From Octopus sinensis (taxonomy: Eukaryota), in the NCBI RefSeq assembly GCF_006345805.1, contig NC_042997.1:56482001-56546000 (forward strand): DNA of 64,000 nucleotides, written 5' to 3'. The first letter of the stretch is position 1. Each line of letters opens with the position of its first letter. A program made the translations under genes and the position numbers. The notes under the pieces are model-generated. The model searched no databases. It was given only the letters and a program-made list of their open reading frames with translations, and had not been told where the DNA came from. Below are positions 30,446-40,694 of the stretch, one piece after another.

Positions 30446-32221
30446 TCTCTCTCTCTCTCTTTCTTCCTCCCTCTCTCTCACACACACCGGAGAGAGTTAG
30501 ATATGTATAAAGATATCATTTATGTATTATGCTTTACTTGTTACAGTTATTAGAATACATCCAAATTCAGGCACCACCTTAAAGAATTTTATTATTTTTC
30601 TGTAAAGTCCAGTACTTATTCAATTGGTCTCTTTTGCCAAACCATTAAGTTACAGGGACATAAACACACCAACACCAGTTGTCAAACAGGGTTGAGGGAA
30701 AAACACAGACACAAAGAAACGCACACACACACATCTTCAGTAGGCTTCTTTTAGTTTCTGTTTCCCAAATCTGCTTACAAGATGCTTACCCAAGGTGCCA
30801 TACAGTAGGACTGAACCTTGAACCATGAAGTTGGGAAACAAGCTTCTTACCACAGCCATGCCTGCACCTATGTTTATGTATATATAGAGAGATATGTATG
30901 AATGTAGGCATGACTGTGTGGTCTAGTAGCTTGTTCAATTCTACTGTAAGGCATCTTGGGCAAGAGTATTCTACCATAATTAAAGATTAATTCTGGAATT
31001 TATTGTATGAGTGTGCATACGTATACATGTGTGAACGTGCATGTGTGTGTGTGTGTGTGTGTGTGCGCGTGCGTGTGTGTGTGTATGTGTGTGTGTGTGT
31101 GTCTTCTATCTGTCTGTCTGTCCTGCACCACTGCATGACAACCAGTGTTTGGGTGTTTACATCCCCATAACTTAAAAGGTTTGATAAAAGAGATCAATAA
31201 AATAAGCATGCGGCTAAAAATATAAGACCAGGGGTCAATTAGTTCAACTAAAACCCTTCAAGGTGGTGCCCCAGCATGGCCACCGTAAAATGATTGAGAC
31301 AAGTAAAAGATAAAAGATTTGAGCACAATACTCTCATTAAACTAATTAATAAATCAGGTTATGTAACACGTGAATAAAATAGTAACAAATTTAAATCTGT
31401 CACGAGTTATACTAGAACAAGTGGGAAGAAATTAGGATCAACAGAAAACAAATAATAATAGAAAAAAATGCCCAAAATAAATATACATCCTACACACCTG
31501 CTAAATTTATATTTATGTAATAGGTGTATACATTCTACTCATCTCTCTCTAACTCATACATAAATGCATGCACACACACACACACACACACCACACACAC
31601 ACACACCTCTCTCTCTCTCTCTTTCTTCCTCCTCTCTCTCACACACACTAGAGAGAGTTAGATATGTATAAAGATATCATTTATGTATTATGCTTTACTT
31701 GTTACAGTTATTAGAATGCATCCAAATTCAGGCACCACCTTAAAGAATTTTATTATTTTTCTGTAAAGTCCAGTACTTATTCAATTGGTCTTTTTTGCCA
31801 AACCATTAAGTTACAGGGACATAAACACACCAACACCAGTTGTCAAACGGGGTTGAGGGAAAAACACAGAGACAAAGAAACACACACACACACATCTTCA
31901 GTAGGCTTCTTTTAGTTTCTGTTTCCCAAATCTGCTTACAAGATGCTTACCCAAGGTGCCATACAGTAGGACTGAACCTTGAACCATGAAGTTGGGAAGC
32001 AAGCTTCTTACCACAGCCATGCCTGCACCTCTGTTTATGTATATATAGAGAGATATGTATGAATGTAGGCATGACTGTGTGGTCTAGTAGCTTGTTCAAT
32101 TCTACTGTAAGGCATCTTGGGCAAGAGTATTCTACCATAATTAAAGATTAATTCTGGAATTTATTGTATGAGTGTGCATACGTATACATGTGTGAACGTG
32201 CATGTGTGTGTGTGTGTTGTG

Positions 32222-32265
<44 letters not shown>

Positions 32266-33864
32266 TTCTATCTGTCTGTCTGTCCTGCACCACTGCATGA
32301 CAACCAGTGTTTGGGTGTTTACATCCCCATAACTTAAAAGGTTTGATCAAAGAGATCAATAAAATAAGTATGCAGCTAAAAATATAAGACCAGGGGTCAA
32401 TTAGTTTAACTAAAACCCTTCAAGGTGGTGCCCCAGCATGGCCACCGTAAAATGATTGAGACAAGTAAAAGATAAAAGATTTGAGTACAATACTTTCATT
32501 AAACTAATTAATAAATCAGGTTATGTAACACGTGAATAAAATAGTAACAAATTTAAATCTGTCACGAGTTATACTAGAACAAGTGGGAAGAAATTAGGAT
32601 CAACAGAAAATAAATAATAATAGAAAATAATGCCCAAAATAAATATACATCCTACACACCTGCTAAATTTATATTTATGTAATAGGTGTATACATTCTAC
32701 TCATCTCTCTCTAACTCATACATAAATGCATGCACACACACACACACACACACACTCTCTCTCTCTCTCTTTCTTCCTCCCTCTCTCTCACACACACTAG
32801 AGAGAGTTAGATATGTATAAAGATATCATTTATGTATTATGCTTTACTTGTTACAGTTATTAGAATACATCCAAATTCAGGCACCACCTTAAAGAATTTT
32901 ATTATTTTTCTGTAAAGTCCAGTACTTATTCAATTGGTCTCTTTTGCCAAACCATTAAGTTACAGGGACATAAACACACCAACACCAGTTGTCAAACAGG
33001 GTTAAGGGAAAAACACAGACACAAAGAAACGCACACACACACATCTTCAGTAGGCTTCTTTTAGTTTCTGTTTCCCAAATCTGCTTACAAGATGCTTACC
33101 CAAGGTGCCATACAGTAGGACTGAACCTTGAACCATGAAGTTGGGAAGCAAGCTTCTTACCACAGCCATGCCTGCACCTATGTTTATGTATATATAGAGA
33201 GATATGTATGAATGTAGGCATGACTGTGTGGTCTAGTAGCTTGTTCAATTCTACTGTAAGGCATCTTGGGCAAGAGTATTCTACCATAATTAAAGATTAA
33301 TTCTGGAATTTATTGTATGAGTGTGCATACGTATACATGTGTGAACGTGCATGTGTGTGTGTGTGTGCGTGTGTGTGCGCGTGCGTGTGTGTGTGTCTTC
33401 TATCTGTCTGTCTGTCCTGCACCACTGCATGACAACCAGTGTTTGGGTGTTTACATCCCCATAACTTAAAAGGTTTGATAAAAGAGATCAATAAAATAAG
33501 TATGCGGCTAAAAATATAAGACCAGGGGTCAATTAGTTCAACTAAAACCCTTCAAGGTGGTGCCCCAGCATGGCCACCGTAAAATGATTGAGACAAGTAA
33601 AAGATAAAAGATTTGAGCAAAATACTCTCATTAAACCAATTAATAAATCAGGTTATGTAACACGTGAATAAAATAGTAACAAATTTAAATCTGTCACGAG
33701 TTATACTAGAACAAGTGGGAAGAAATTAGGATCAACAGAAAACAAATAATAATAGAAAATAATGCCCAAAATAAATATACATCCTACATACCTGCTAAAT
33801 TTATATTTATGTAATAGGTGTATACATTCTACTCATCTCTCTCTAACTCATACATAAATGCATG

Positions 33865-33906
<42 letters not shown>

Positions 33907-34523
33907 ACTCTCTCTCTCTCTCTCTCTTTCTTCCTCCCTCTCTCTCACACACACTAGAGAGAGTTAGATATGTATAAAGATATCATTTATGTATTATGCT
34001 TTACTTGTTACAGTTATTAGAATGCATCCAAATTCAGGCACCACCTTAAAGAATTTTATTATTTTTCTGTAAAGTCCAGTACTTATTCAATTGGTCTCTT
34101 TTGCCAAACCATTAAGTTAAAGGGACATAAACACACCAACACCAGTTGTCAAACGGGGTTGAGGGAAAAACACAGACACAAAGAAACGCACACACACACA
34201 TCTTCAGTAGGCTTCTTTTATTTTCTGTTTCCCAAATCTGCTTACAAGATGCTTACCCAAGGTGCCATACAGTAGGACTGAACCTTGAACCATGAAGTTG
34301 GGAAGCAAGCTTCTTACCACAGCCATGCCTGCACCTATGTTTATGTACATATAGAGAGATATGTATGAATGTAGGCATGACTGTGTGGTCTAGTAGCTTG
34401 TTCAATTCTACTGTAAGGCATCTTGGGCAAGAGTATTCTACCATAATTAAAGATTAATTCTGGAATTTATTATGTGAGTGTGCATACGTATACATGCGTG
34501 AACGTGCATGTGTGTGTGTGTGT

Positions 34524-34594
<71 letters not shown>

Positions 34595-37183
34595 GTGTGT
34601 TCTGTATTTTATCATGTATATTTTTTCTCTGAAGAAAGAGCTGGTTTGTAACAAAGATAAAAAAACTCCATCGTTGGAATGTAGATAACAAAAGCAGAAT
34701 CAAGCCCTACACAGGCATTTAAGTCCCTCAGAAGCACAAGTTTATCATTCTTATCAATATTTCTCAGAACTGTTCTCAGATCACCACAAAAACTGTTTAT
34801 TTCATCCTGGAGACAAACAAGAGTCAGCACAAAAATACTAATCACTGTCATGGATTGCTTTGAGTCAGCCCATCCATCAATCCATCCATTCATCTGTTGG
34901 ATATATATAGGCTGATAATACTTAATTGATGGTTTCTAATTTTGTGAGGTTCTGTGGCATATATGGATGCATACACACACACACACACATAAAATGAGCT
35001 TCCATACAGTTTCTGTCAACCAATTCCATTCACAATGCTGTAGTAGAAGATATTTTCCCCGGGTACCATGCAGTTGGACAGAACCCAAGACCATCATCAT
35101 CATCGTTTAACGTCCGCCTTCCATGCAGAAACCTGCACCAGACGACTTCTGTAACTGTTTTGGCAGGATTTTTACAGCTGGATGCCCTTCCTAACACCAA
35201 CCACTCAGCAAAGTGGACCCATATGGTTGTAAAGTGAACTTCTTAACCACATAGCCATGCTTGCACCTATAAGTGTGTCTATGTATGTGTACACACACAC
35301 ACATTCAGTGTTTGCACATGAACATATGTGTGAGTCTATACATGCAAACTCTTGATGATAACCCAGTGATTTATTAAGATATTTATAAGACATGATTTTT
35401 ATCTCACTATAAAGAGGCAAAGTGGCCAGTTGAATAAGATATTAGATTATAAATGAGTTTTGAGTTCAAGTCTATTATAGTGTTTTGTCTTGTTTCTAGC
35501 AGACCACATTATACTGCTTTTCATCAGGAATGGTTACTAAATTAAAGGGAATTTTCTCTTTGAGCCACTTCAAACTAAGAGCTAAGTCCTGGTGACCTAA
35601 GGTATATTTAACTGGCACTACAATGAACTGGAGCAACATGAAAATGAAGTGACTTGCTCAAGAACATAACATGCGATCAGGAATCAAACTGATGACCTTA
35701 CGATTATGAACTGAATGCCCTAACCATGACCGTGAGCCACACACCTTCACAAGATATATTTACATTGGGTTCTAAATACCTGCTGTAGTTGATAATCTTT
35801 GGTTCTTGATGTCATTAAAATGCAAATGTTCTCAATCATACAGTTCTGCAGGTGCTGCTTTATATCCAGATCTGAAAGGTATTAAAAAACATAGCAACAA
35901 TTATATTTAAAGAGATTACATTGCAAAAAACCTCTTTCGTCAAAATATCTTTTTATCTAAATTTTTCCATTTCATAAATTAAACAACTAAAACTTCATTA
36001 ATTGATCATTTTCTATTTTATGCTTTGCTCTGAAAGTAGAAGCTGTACCAAAACCCTTTGCTGGCCTTTCTAAAAGCAGAAAGACCAATGTGATTGATGT
36101 TCTTTTTAAACAATAGCAAAAGGAAAACTGCCATAAAAATATGAGTAGGGAAGAATTTCTGAAGAGCTGACATTTAGGTGAGAGAAACATTTGAGCATGA
36201 TAATTTTTGTAGGTGGAGAGGGAAGTAGACAAAATACAGGTAAGCAGAGGAAAAGAGCCAATTGAATCAAGCAGATGGCAAAAGACTGACCAGCTCCCAG
36301 TAGAGAAGGCCACCATAATAGTAAAGACAGTGTGAAGTGACAACATATCAAATTAGAGGCTGGAATGTGTTCAGTGACTTCAAGTCAGCCTTCTTTTGGA
36401 AGTGGTTAAAAATGACCATATGTGTAGCAGCAGTACTGTCCTAATTAAGATAGCATTGATCAAATAGATTAGAATATTTAAATTGGATGGTAGCACAATA
36501 AAAGACAATCAGGATACAACAAGAAGGAATAACAAGTGATCCCTTTGCACACACGCATGCACGTGTGGTTGTGTGTGTGTGCGCATGTACATGCACTTGC
36601 ATGTATGTATGTCACCTTGATGTTTCCTGCTAACACTCATACTCAGTGCCTGAGATAAGCATGGTAATATAATTTCATAGCTTGGCTGTGGTGTAGTATG
36701 ACATTGACACAGTTTGATAAAATCTATTTTGTAGTGGTACATTTATTGTAACAGTAATGCAGTATTATCATAGGTTTACCATAACAAACCCTGAGATTAC
36801 AACATTGTTGACATTTGAGCGAAATGAAGCTAATAAAATTCAACATTAGAAGATACATAATTTAATACCTTCTTTCACAATGTATAAATTTACTTCACTC
36901 ATACTAATAAAAAAAAAAATGCAATTACATCACTTACCATTTGTCTTCAATTGCTCTTTGAATAAATTCAATAAAGCCTGTACAATAATTTTAACAGAGA
37001 AATATGGATCATCTTGTTCCAACTGAGACAGACTCACAATTGCTCTCTGACATGTTTCCACGATGGTTTTCTCTGTACTATTTTTGTCCAACAAACAACT
37101 GCTGACATTATTGATGCTGACATGGCTAGGGAGGACAATCTCCCTGGGCTCGCTGTGTACAATCATTCTAAGGCATTTAGTAT
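1062..37183 (-). CDS. LRRK2: LRRK2-like gene, 5' portion (N-terminal armadillo region), 14 coding exons; continues past the window start
   Basis: Fourteen exons with GT-AG ends splice in frame with no stops (1638 nt; about 540 aa from ATG 37166). The translation aligns segment by segment to the recalled human LRRK2 N-terminus, e.g. IGEDSTKNQYPIH vs IGDEDGHFPAH, KWIFPIYNSLFKHMVSSKVQ vs FWLEACYKALTWHRKNKHVQ, LDFFVSNLH vs LTEFVENKD. Several exon lengths (89, 120, 107, 130 nt) match human exons 4, 8, 11 and 12 as recalled. Confidence 0.85.
3114..3250 (-). CDS. LRRK2: LRRK2-like exon M (137 nt, phase 2 to 1)
   Basis: Acceptor ctctgttttatttcag, donor A|gtaggt. Encodes PYNERLQITQDTCIKELFENLFTSFIDNPAILMEAMCVLANLLEC. 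Confidence 0.88.
3395..4030. repeat. Local direct duplication (~290 bp x2) plus a short third copy
   Basis: ttatactccagtgaaattaagaaatcaa at about 3407, 3698 and 3759; catatgaaaaagaaagtgaacaaaataat...gaaatttgtaagttcgatt at about 3598 and 3969. Confidence 0.85.
6051..6180 (-). CDS. LRRK2: LRRK2-like exon L (130 nt, phase 1 to 2)
   Basis: Acceptor attttcattaccag, donor CAG|gtatgt. Encodes DHVSDLFMLKNTYQQILGIMQSHQSNAAVVLSSCRALRALCLFR; it lies within supplied ORF 5990-6205. Confidence 0.9.
7645..7751 (-). CDS. LRRK2: LRRK2-like exon K (107 nt, phase 2 to 1)
   Basis: Acceptor tttgatctttacag, donor G|gtaaga. Encodes YPIHTLCLGTILQQNEDSNIYVTACEAIYWLAAGN. Confidence 0.9.
8065..8129. repeat. Perfect 29-bp inverted repeat with 7-nt loop
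   Basis: cactgagctaagtttctgactttaattca acattta tgaattaaagtcagaaacttagctcagtg. Confidence 0.95.
8837..8922 (-). CDS. LRRK2: LRRK2-like exon J (86 nt, phase 0 to 2)
   Basis: Acceptor ttttaattttaatacag, donor CA|gtaagt. Encodes ITGYKTVVEILKNYPEFINTIGEDSTKNQ. Confidence 0.87.
9150..9705 (-). mobile_element. tRNA-derived SINE (abundant octopus-type family) with internal (TA)n
   Basis: Head aggagtggctgtgtggt...gggttcattcccactgtgtggcaccttgggcaagtgtcttctactatagcc has A/B-box-like motifs; (aaaagaat)-type tail. Related pieces at about 195-470, 18630-18845, 20850-21000, 26950-27335, 27705-28130 and 45185-45400. Confidence 0.8.
11631..11846. mobile_element. piggyBac-type MITE (TTAA flanks, CCTTTAGCATT TIRs)
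   Basis: ttaa tcctttagcatt ... aatgctaaagga ttaa; related copies at 21551-21757 (inverted) and 52931-53155. Confidence 0.75.
12551..12639 (-). CDS. LRRK2: LRRK2-like exon I (89 nt, phase 1 to 0)
   Basis: Acceptor tttcattttctttgttag, donor CAG|gtgaga. Encodes VSFHCVDQIEKWIFPIYNSLFKHMVSSKVQ. Confidence 0.87.
13521..13640 (-). CDS. LRRK2: LRRK2-like exon H (120 nt, phase 1 to 1)
   Basis: Acceptor ctttcatatatttcag, donor CAG|gtaaga. Encodes TVFCYLADTGFIARDLSKIIRDYSENICITIEGLKLLKIA. Confidence 0.85.
14000..16552 (-). mobile_element. CR1/L2/Jockey-group LINE, 5'-truncated, with endonuclease C-terminal half, full RT, short 3'UTR and (ATT)n tail
   Basis: ORF 16070-16552 has APE motifs (GVVYRPP, IAGDFNHPEIDW, NTLDLL, SDH). 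ORF 14070-16073 has RT motifs (YRPVSLTS, YLDFAKAFNSV, GVPQGSVLGPLLF, YADD). The (TAA)n run on + at about 14000-14020 is the tail. Confidence 0.95.
17844..17972 (-). CDS. LRRK2: LRRK2-like exon G (129 nt, phase 1 to 1)
   Basis: Acceptor tttaatttacag, donor A|gtaagg. Encodes EYLCHTLIENNIHEHLCTILCKYLKNESLLEMIMKMLVNLENK. Confidence 0.85.
18900..19215 (+). mobile_element. tRNA-derived SINE, second family
   Basis: ggaggtgcaatggcccagtggttagggcagcggactcgcgg...ggtttcgattccc head, followed by a non-tRNA body. Confidence 0.8.
19744..19951 (+). mobile_element. ~208-bp internal RT fragment of the same CR1-like family, inverted relative to the 14-kb copy
   Basis: NTDIKKSSCEHDLGITVSSDLRWTKHISKIV...MVRPHLEFAS; about 10 substitutions versus 14493-14700 by eye. 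Confidence 0.9.
20071..20550 (-). mobile_element. RTE 3'UTR-only copy (5'-truncated)
   Basis: (cat)n gtttaacgtccgctttccatgctagcatggg...ggatgcccttcctaacgccaacc, same as the UTR at 46.0-46.4 kb. Confidence 0.88.
20575..20830. repeat. Foldback (palindromic) MITE-like element in (TA)n
   Basis: tagtgcatctagcaggcatgaagtgtg ... cacacttcatgcctgctagatgcacta; arms of about 125 bp meet at the centre. Confidence 0.85.
21285..21550 (-). mobile_element. RTE 3'UTR-only copy
   Basis: Same UTR consensus and (cat)n tail. Confidence 0.85.
21551..21757. mobile_element. piggyBac-type MITE copy
   Basis: ctctttagcatt ... aatgctaaagggttaa. Confidence 0.7.
21939..22067 (-). CDS. LRRK2: LRRK2-like exon F (129 nt, phase 1 to 1)
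   Basis: Acceptor ttttttctctcttatgtag, donor CAG|gtaaaa. Encodes EVLPLDFFVSNLHIFDALCFQSLLKQDIFEAVLPIYSIISSSS. Confidence 0.82.
24034..24159 (-). CDS. LRRK2: LRRK2-like exon E (126 nt, phase 1 to 1)
   Basis: Acceptor gatgtag, donor CAG|gtacat. Encodes ILVNVDQKEVAELSLVLLAGFKESVDVQTAALQTLNQLFET. Confidence 0.82.
25041..25129 (-). CDS. LRRK2: LRRK2-like exon D (89 nt, phase 2 to 1)
   Basis: Acceptor ttcttttctctgcag, donor T|gtgagt. Encodes LVMNIMQEHLTDEIIQASGMKLMKLFVNK (vs human LILKMLTVHNASVNLSVIGLKTLDLLL). Confidence 0.88.
25158..25527. mobile_element. Helentron/Helitron-type non-autonomous element
   Basis: Starts aacaagagcattcagagagtgcaaacctcc; ends with the hairpin tacctccgccttcactaaggcagaggta after (acaa)n. 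Confidence 0.5.
25527..26195 (-). mobile_element. Cluster of three adjacent or nested MetaSINE-like copies
   Basis: actggtacttattttatcgaccccgaaaggatgaaaggc occurs three times with variants (about 25610, 25795, 26078). Confidence 0.7.
26490..26566 (-). CDS. LRRK2: LRRK2-like exon C (77 nt, phase 0 to 2; alternative in-frame acceptor at 26554)
   Basis: Acceptor tacttcattttcag, donor AA|gtaata. Encodes MNFQILERSLWWNVSKLAVEYQSLPK. It was the only phase-compatible candidate found between exons B and D. Confidence 0.65.
29910..34590. repeat. Tandem array of four ~1.13-1.16-kb near-identical units delimited by (GT)n
   Basis: Marker ctgtcctgcaccactgcatgacaacc recurs at about 29960, 31118, 32280 and 33413; a diverged older copy is at about 27140. 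Confidence 0.95.
34690..34815 (-). pseudogene. LINE (RTE-like) endonuclease relic
   Basis: DEINSFCGDLRTVLRNIDKNDKLVLLRDLNACVG matches the APE segment KDxFYxxLxxxIxxxxKxDxLIxLGDFNARVG. Confidence 0.7.
35780..35871 (-). CDS. LRRK2: LRRK2-like exon B (92 nt, phase 1 to 0)
   Basis: Acceptor ttttaatacctttcag, donor CAG|gtattt. Encodes DLDIKQHLQNCMIENICILMTSRTKDYQLQQ; human exon 2 ends VQQ. Confidence 0.85.
36938..37183 (-). CDS. LRRK2: LRRK2-like exon A (first identified coding exon; ATG at 37166)
   Basis: Acceptor ttttttttcaccttcag, donor G|gtaagt. Encodes MIVHSEP...TCQRAIVSLSQLEQDDPYFSVKIIVQALLNLFKEQLKTN, resembling human EETLKKLIVRLNNVQEGKQIETLVQILEDLL. The frame is open back to the acceptor (phase 1). 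Confidence 0.8.
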
Positions 37184-39179
37184 CTGAAGGTGAAAAAAAA
37201 AAGAAATTTTTATATTGTCACAAAGTCATGCATTTTGGGATTGGGGCATAATTAATTGAATCAACTCCTAGTATCATATTTTTACTTATAACATTGGCAC
37301 CAGACAGGTGAAAGGCAAAAATTACCTTGTAATAAATATACAGAGATATAACTAAACATTACAAGCATTTTTACCCAGTATTTTACTAATTCTGCTATCC
37401 CTACTTTTCTGAAGGTATGTTAGAAAAATTCTATAATTCCAATCATAAGAGAAGTCCCTTGCCTTTCTGTCTATCTTTTATTTTATTACTAAACTGAAGA
37501 GCAAAGCCTTAACAATAGACTTTCCAAATTGCCTTTCCTTCATCATGGGACAAGTATTGCAACTGATGCTTAATTTTAGTTGTTGTAGGAAAAAATGCAA
37601 TTTGAGAATGGAATTTTAGTATAAGCCACTAAAGAAAAGAGGGGATTAAACAAAGCCATTTCTAAGTAAACCAAATTTGGGTGGCAGTGAATTCAAGTGA
37701 GGGACTGAATTTGAGTGGGAGACTGAATATTGGGTGGAAAGACTGAATTTGTTGCCTGGTTGGATACCATCATCTGGTCTTTGAGTACCTTTACTGGAGC
37801 CCTCACTTCTGCAAGTATTCAAGTCAAGTCCCCAATTTGAGAATGTGCTTTCTTCTCACAGTGAGTCTTAGAGTACCTGCAAGAATCATGAGCACTTCAG
37901 ACCAAGCTAACAAAAAAATGCAAGCTTTCTCTCATAAAGTAGTAGAAATTTCACTTTACTACTATAAATCCATCTTGACTAAAAGACAAAAAATGTTGAC
38001 AAATGCAGGAAAGAACTGTGGGGAAAGAATTCTAGAGAGTTGACCACTAACCCCAAGGATTAGGAACCAGTACAGTAGTCAGTTGGATAGTTATTTTATT
38101 TGATACAAATATACTATGCACAACCTCTCCATACAGTTATTCTTTCCATTCCTCACTTTCTCTAAGTCATATACTTTCAGTACTATCGCCAACTGGTTTG
38201 AAACACACTCTCTCTCTCCCTCTCTTTCTCTCCTCCTCTCTCTCCCTCTCTTTCTCTCATTAAATACATGTATTTAATGAATATGTTTTATACAATTTAA
38301 TGACAAGCTATACAATATATAAATTTCAGTGTAAACATAGAAGTTGTAAACTTCATGACTGAAACTGTTATATTAGACACACATTGGACTCAAAACTGTT
38401 ACGTTGGGGACAGGACACATTTTTTCATTGGTTGGTCACATTTTACAACAAAGAGCCATCACAACTCATTATAACATTGTGCACAAAATAAAATTAGATA
38501 GAAAAACATTAGTTGGCACCACTACGATATTATATAGAATTCCTTGGAAAATTACATTAACCATGGAACCTCTACCAATAACAAAATACAAACAAAATAT
38601 CAATGCACAAATACATTACATACAAAATAAATTATGAAATCAACCAGAACTTAACCACTGTGTAATTCTTAATATGTTGTTGATGATTTTATCAGTTAAA
38701 ACAGTATTCCCAAGATCCTTTTATAACCAATTGCAATGGGTGCAAACAATACACCATTATTACAATCACTTCAATGAGATTGTGATGGATTTAGAAACAG
38801 ACTAATGGTTTTAGAAACACTTCAGTTTCAAAATAAACATAAAGGATTGATATGGAAATATGAAAAAAATTTGATCAAAATGATCAATCTTAAACAGACA
38901 CGTTTGAAAGAAAAGCTGTTCCTGCACTGAATATTAGTTTGGTACAGTATAATTATGCAATACAATTAACTGTTAAATTACCCAATCCCTAACCAGAGAC
39001 CAACCAAACAAGAGTTTTCTCTCCCATCTAGGGCAACCTGTGTATGACCCATGATGGTCTAATTTCTATATTCATAATAACACCTATATCTAGAAACTTT
39101 TCCTACTGGACAACTTAGAAATAAGGCCTCATGCAGATCAGCCTGTCTCTCAGTTTCAAGTGATTTGGCCTGGCATTTC

Positions 39180-40130
39180 TTGTTCTTTGTTGCACGTGTT
39201 TCTTTCCTGACTGAAAGCTTTTGTTGAAGAATCAGCTGACTTACTATTGTTTAATGTTGTGAAAATTTTGACATCTATGAGATCAACTTAAAACAAGTTA
39301 GTGAATAAACACATTCCTCTTTTGTTGAAAAGTAAAAGTAAAAGAGTGATTCCAGAAAGGGAGAAGAAAACAAATAAATCACATTCTTATGTAGGTGTAT
39401 CTATTCTAAAAGTTTCCAGGAAAAAATTGATTGCAAACAAGAGGCATAGATGTTTATCAGATTGTTTAGAATTGTTTGAAAGAGCAAGAAATATGCACCA
39501 AAATTTTAGTTTTAATCACAACAGATTGAGCACCAAGTATGGAAGGGATAAAGAAAGGATTTATGAAGCTATTGACAAATTTACTTAATGAAAAATTGCT
39601 ATTTTTTCCCCACTGAATCATTCACAAAGGAACTCTGCTCTCAAACTTTGCTTTTTGAATAATAAATGTTATGAATCTAATTGTCAGAATTGTAAACATG
39701 GTAAAGGCAAGAAGTGTAAATCACCAGCAGTTCTGTGTTCTGCCAGAAGAGGTTTGTTGTATTTATTTAGATTTCTTGTTTTAGTAGTAGTAATAATAGT
39801 TGTCCTGAACAGGAAAATCCTGACTGACTGGAAAATTTCTATATCAAGAAGACATAACAAGTCCTTTAAGCTTAGTGAAAAAGTTTCAAGAAAAAGAAAA
39901 CATATCTCTTCATTTGTTAGAAGAGATTTTAGCATATAGGTACAAATTAACAGTGCTTGTGAAAGGCTAATTTTTCCTCATTTAGAAATTTTAACAACTG
40001 AAGAAATAATATCAATAAATATTGTTTACAGCGATCTATAACCATTCAAAATCATTTCAGTCAAAGGTTCTTGGAAAGAGAAAACAATTTTAATTTTCTC
40101 TGTTATATTCATTGACACTAAAATACCAGA
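39180..40130 (+). pseudogene. hAT (Charlie/SPIN/GTF2IRD2-type) transposase relic
   Basis: Broken frames give TRGIDVYQIV*NCL...ITTD*APSMEGIKKGFMKLL...H*IIHKG...VMNLIVRIVNMVKARSVNHQQF and DITSPLSLVKKFQEKENISLHLLEEILAYRYKL, the TTDGAP, HCIIH and LNHRQF motifs of this family. Confidence 0.8.
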
Positions 40131-40694
40131 AATAAATATATTTGTATTTTCAGAGATTAGTCAGTGTAAACTTTGGGATGGAAATACTTGATATAGCTGA
40201 TGAGGAACTGTAGGCATTAAATTTTTTAATATATGAAAAAAATTCTTCTGGTCTACTGCCAGAAGACCAAACTTGCATCAAAATCATAAATGGACCAAAA
40301 TTCAAAAGATTCCAAAACCAAACAAACTAATATTTGATAGTATTTACTAACTAAATAATTATACTAATACTAGACTACGCTTGACTCATTGGGCCACCTG
40401 AAAAGTCTGAGTTTCCCAACAATGGAGTTTTGTTTCATAGGTTTTTTTTCTTTTCCAGGTTATTTTGCATGCTTTCAACAAATGTGACATCAAAATCATG
40501 CGTAAACGGCTCCTATCCCTGGAAAAGGAAAGATTTGGCTACTATATCTGCTACCATGTAACAAGTATTTCAGGTCCTTTATCGCAAATAGCTGTTATGT
40601 GGTAGTAGGGTGTGCTAAAAATAGCAGCCAAATCTTTGGAGCTGAGATACGTTAAATGCATTCCAACTGTCATCTGGATCAGCTGGTTTTGTTT

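Noticed and set aside
37876-37910. Mini-exon ATGATTCTTGCAG|gtactc that would be in frame with exon A
   Set aside because: Weak donor with no independent support.
39301-39939. ORFs 39301-39588 and 39655-39939 as genes
   Set aside because: Mostly off-frame readings of the decayed hAT transposase.
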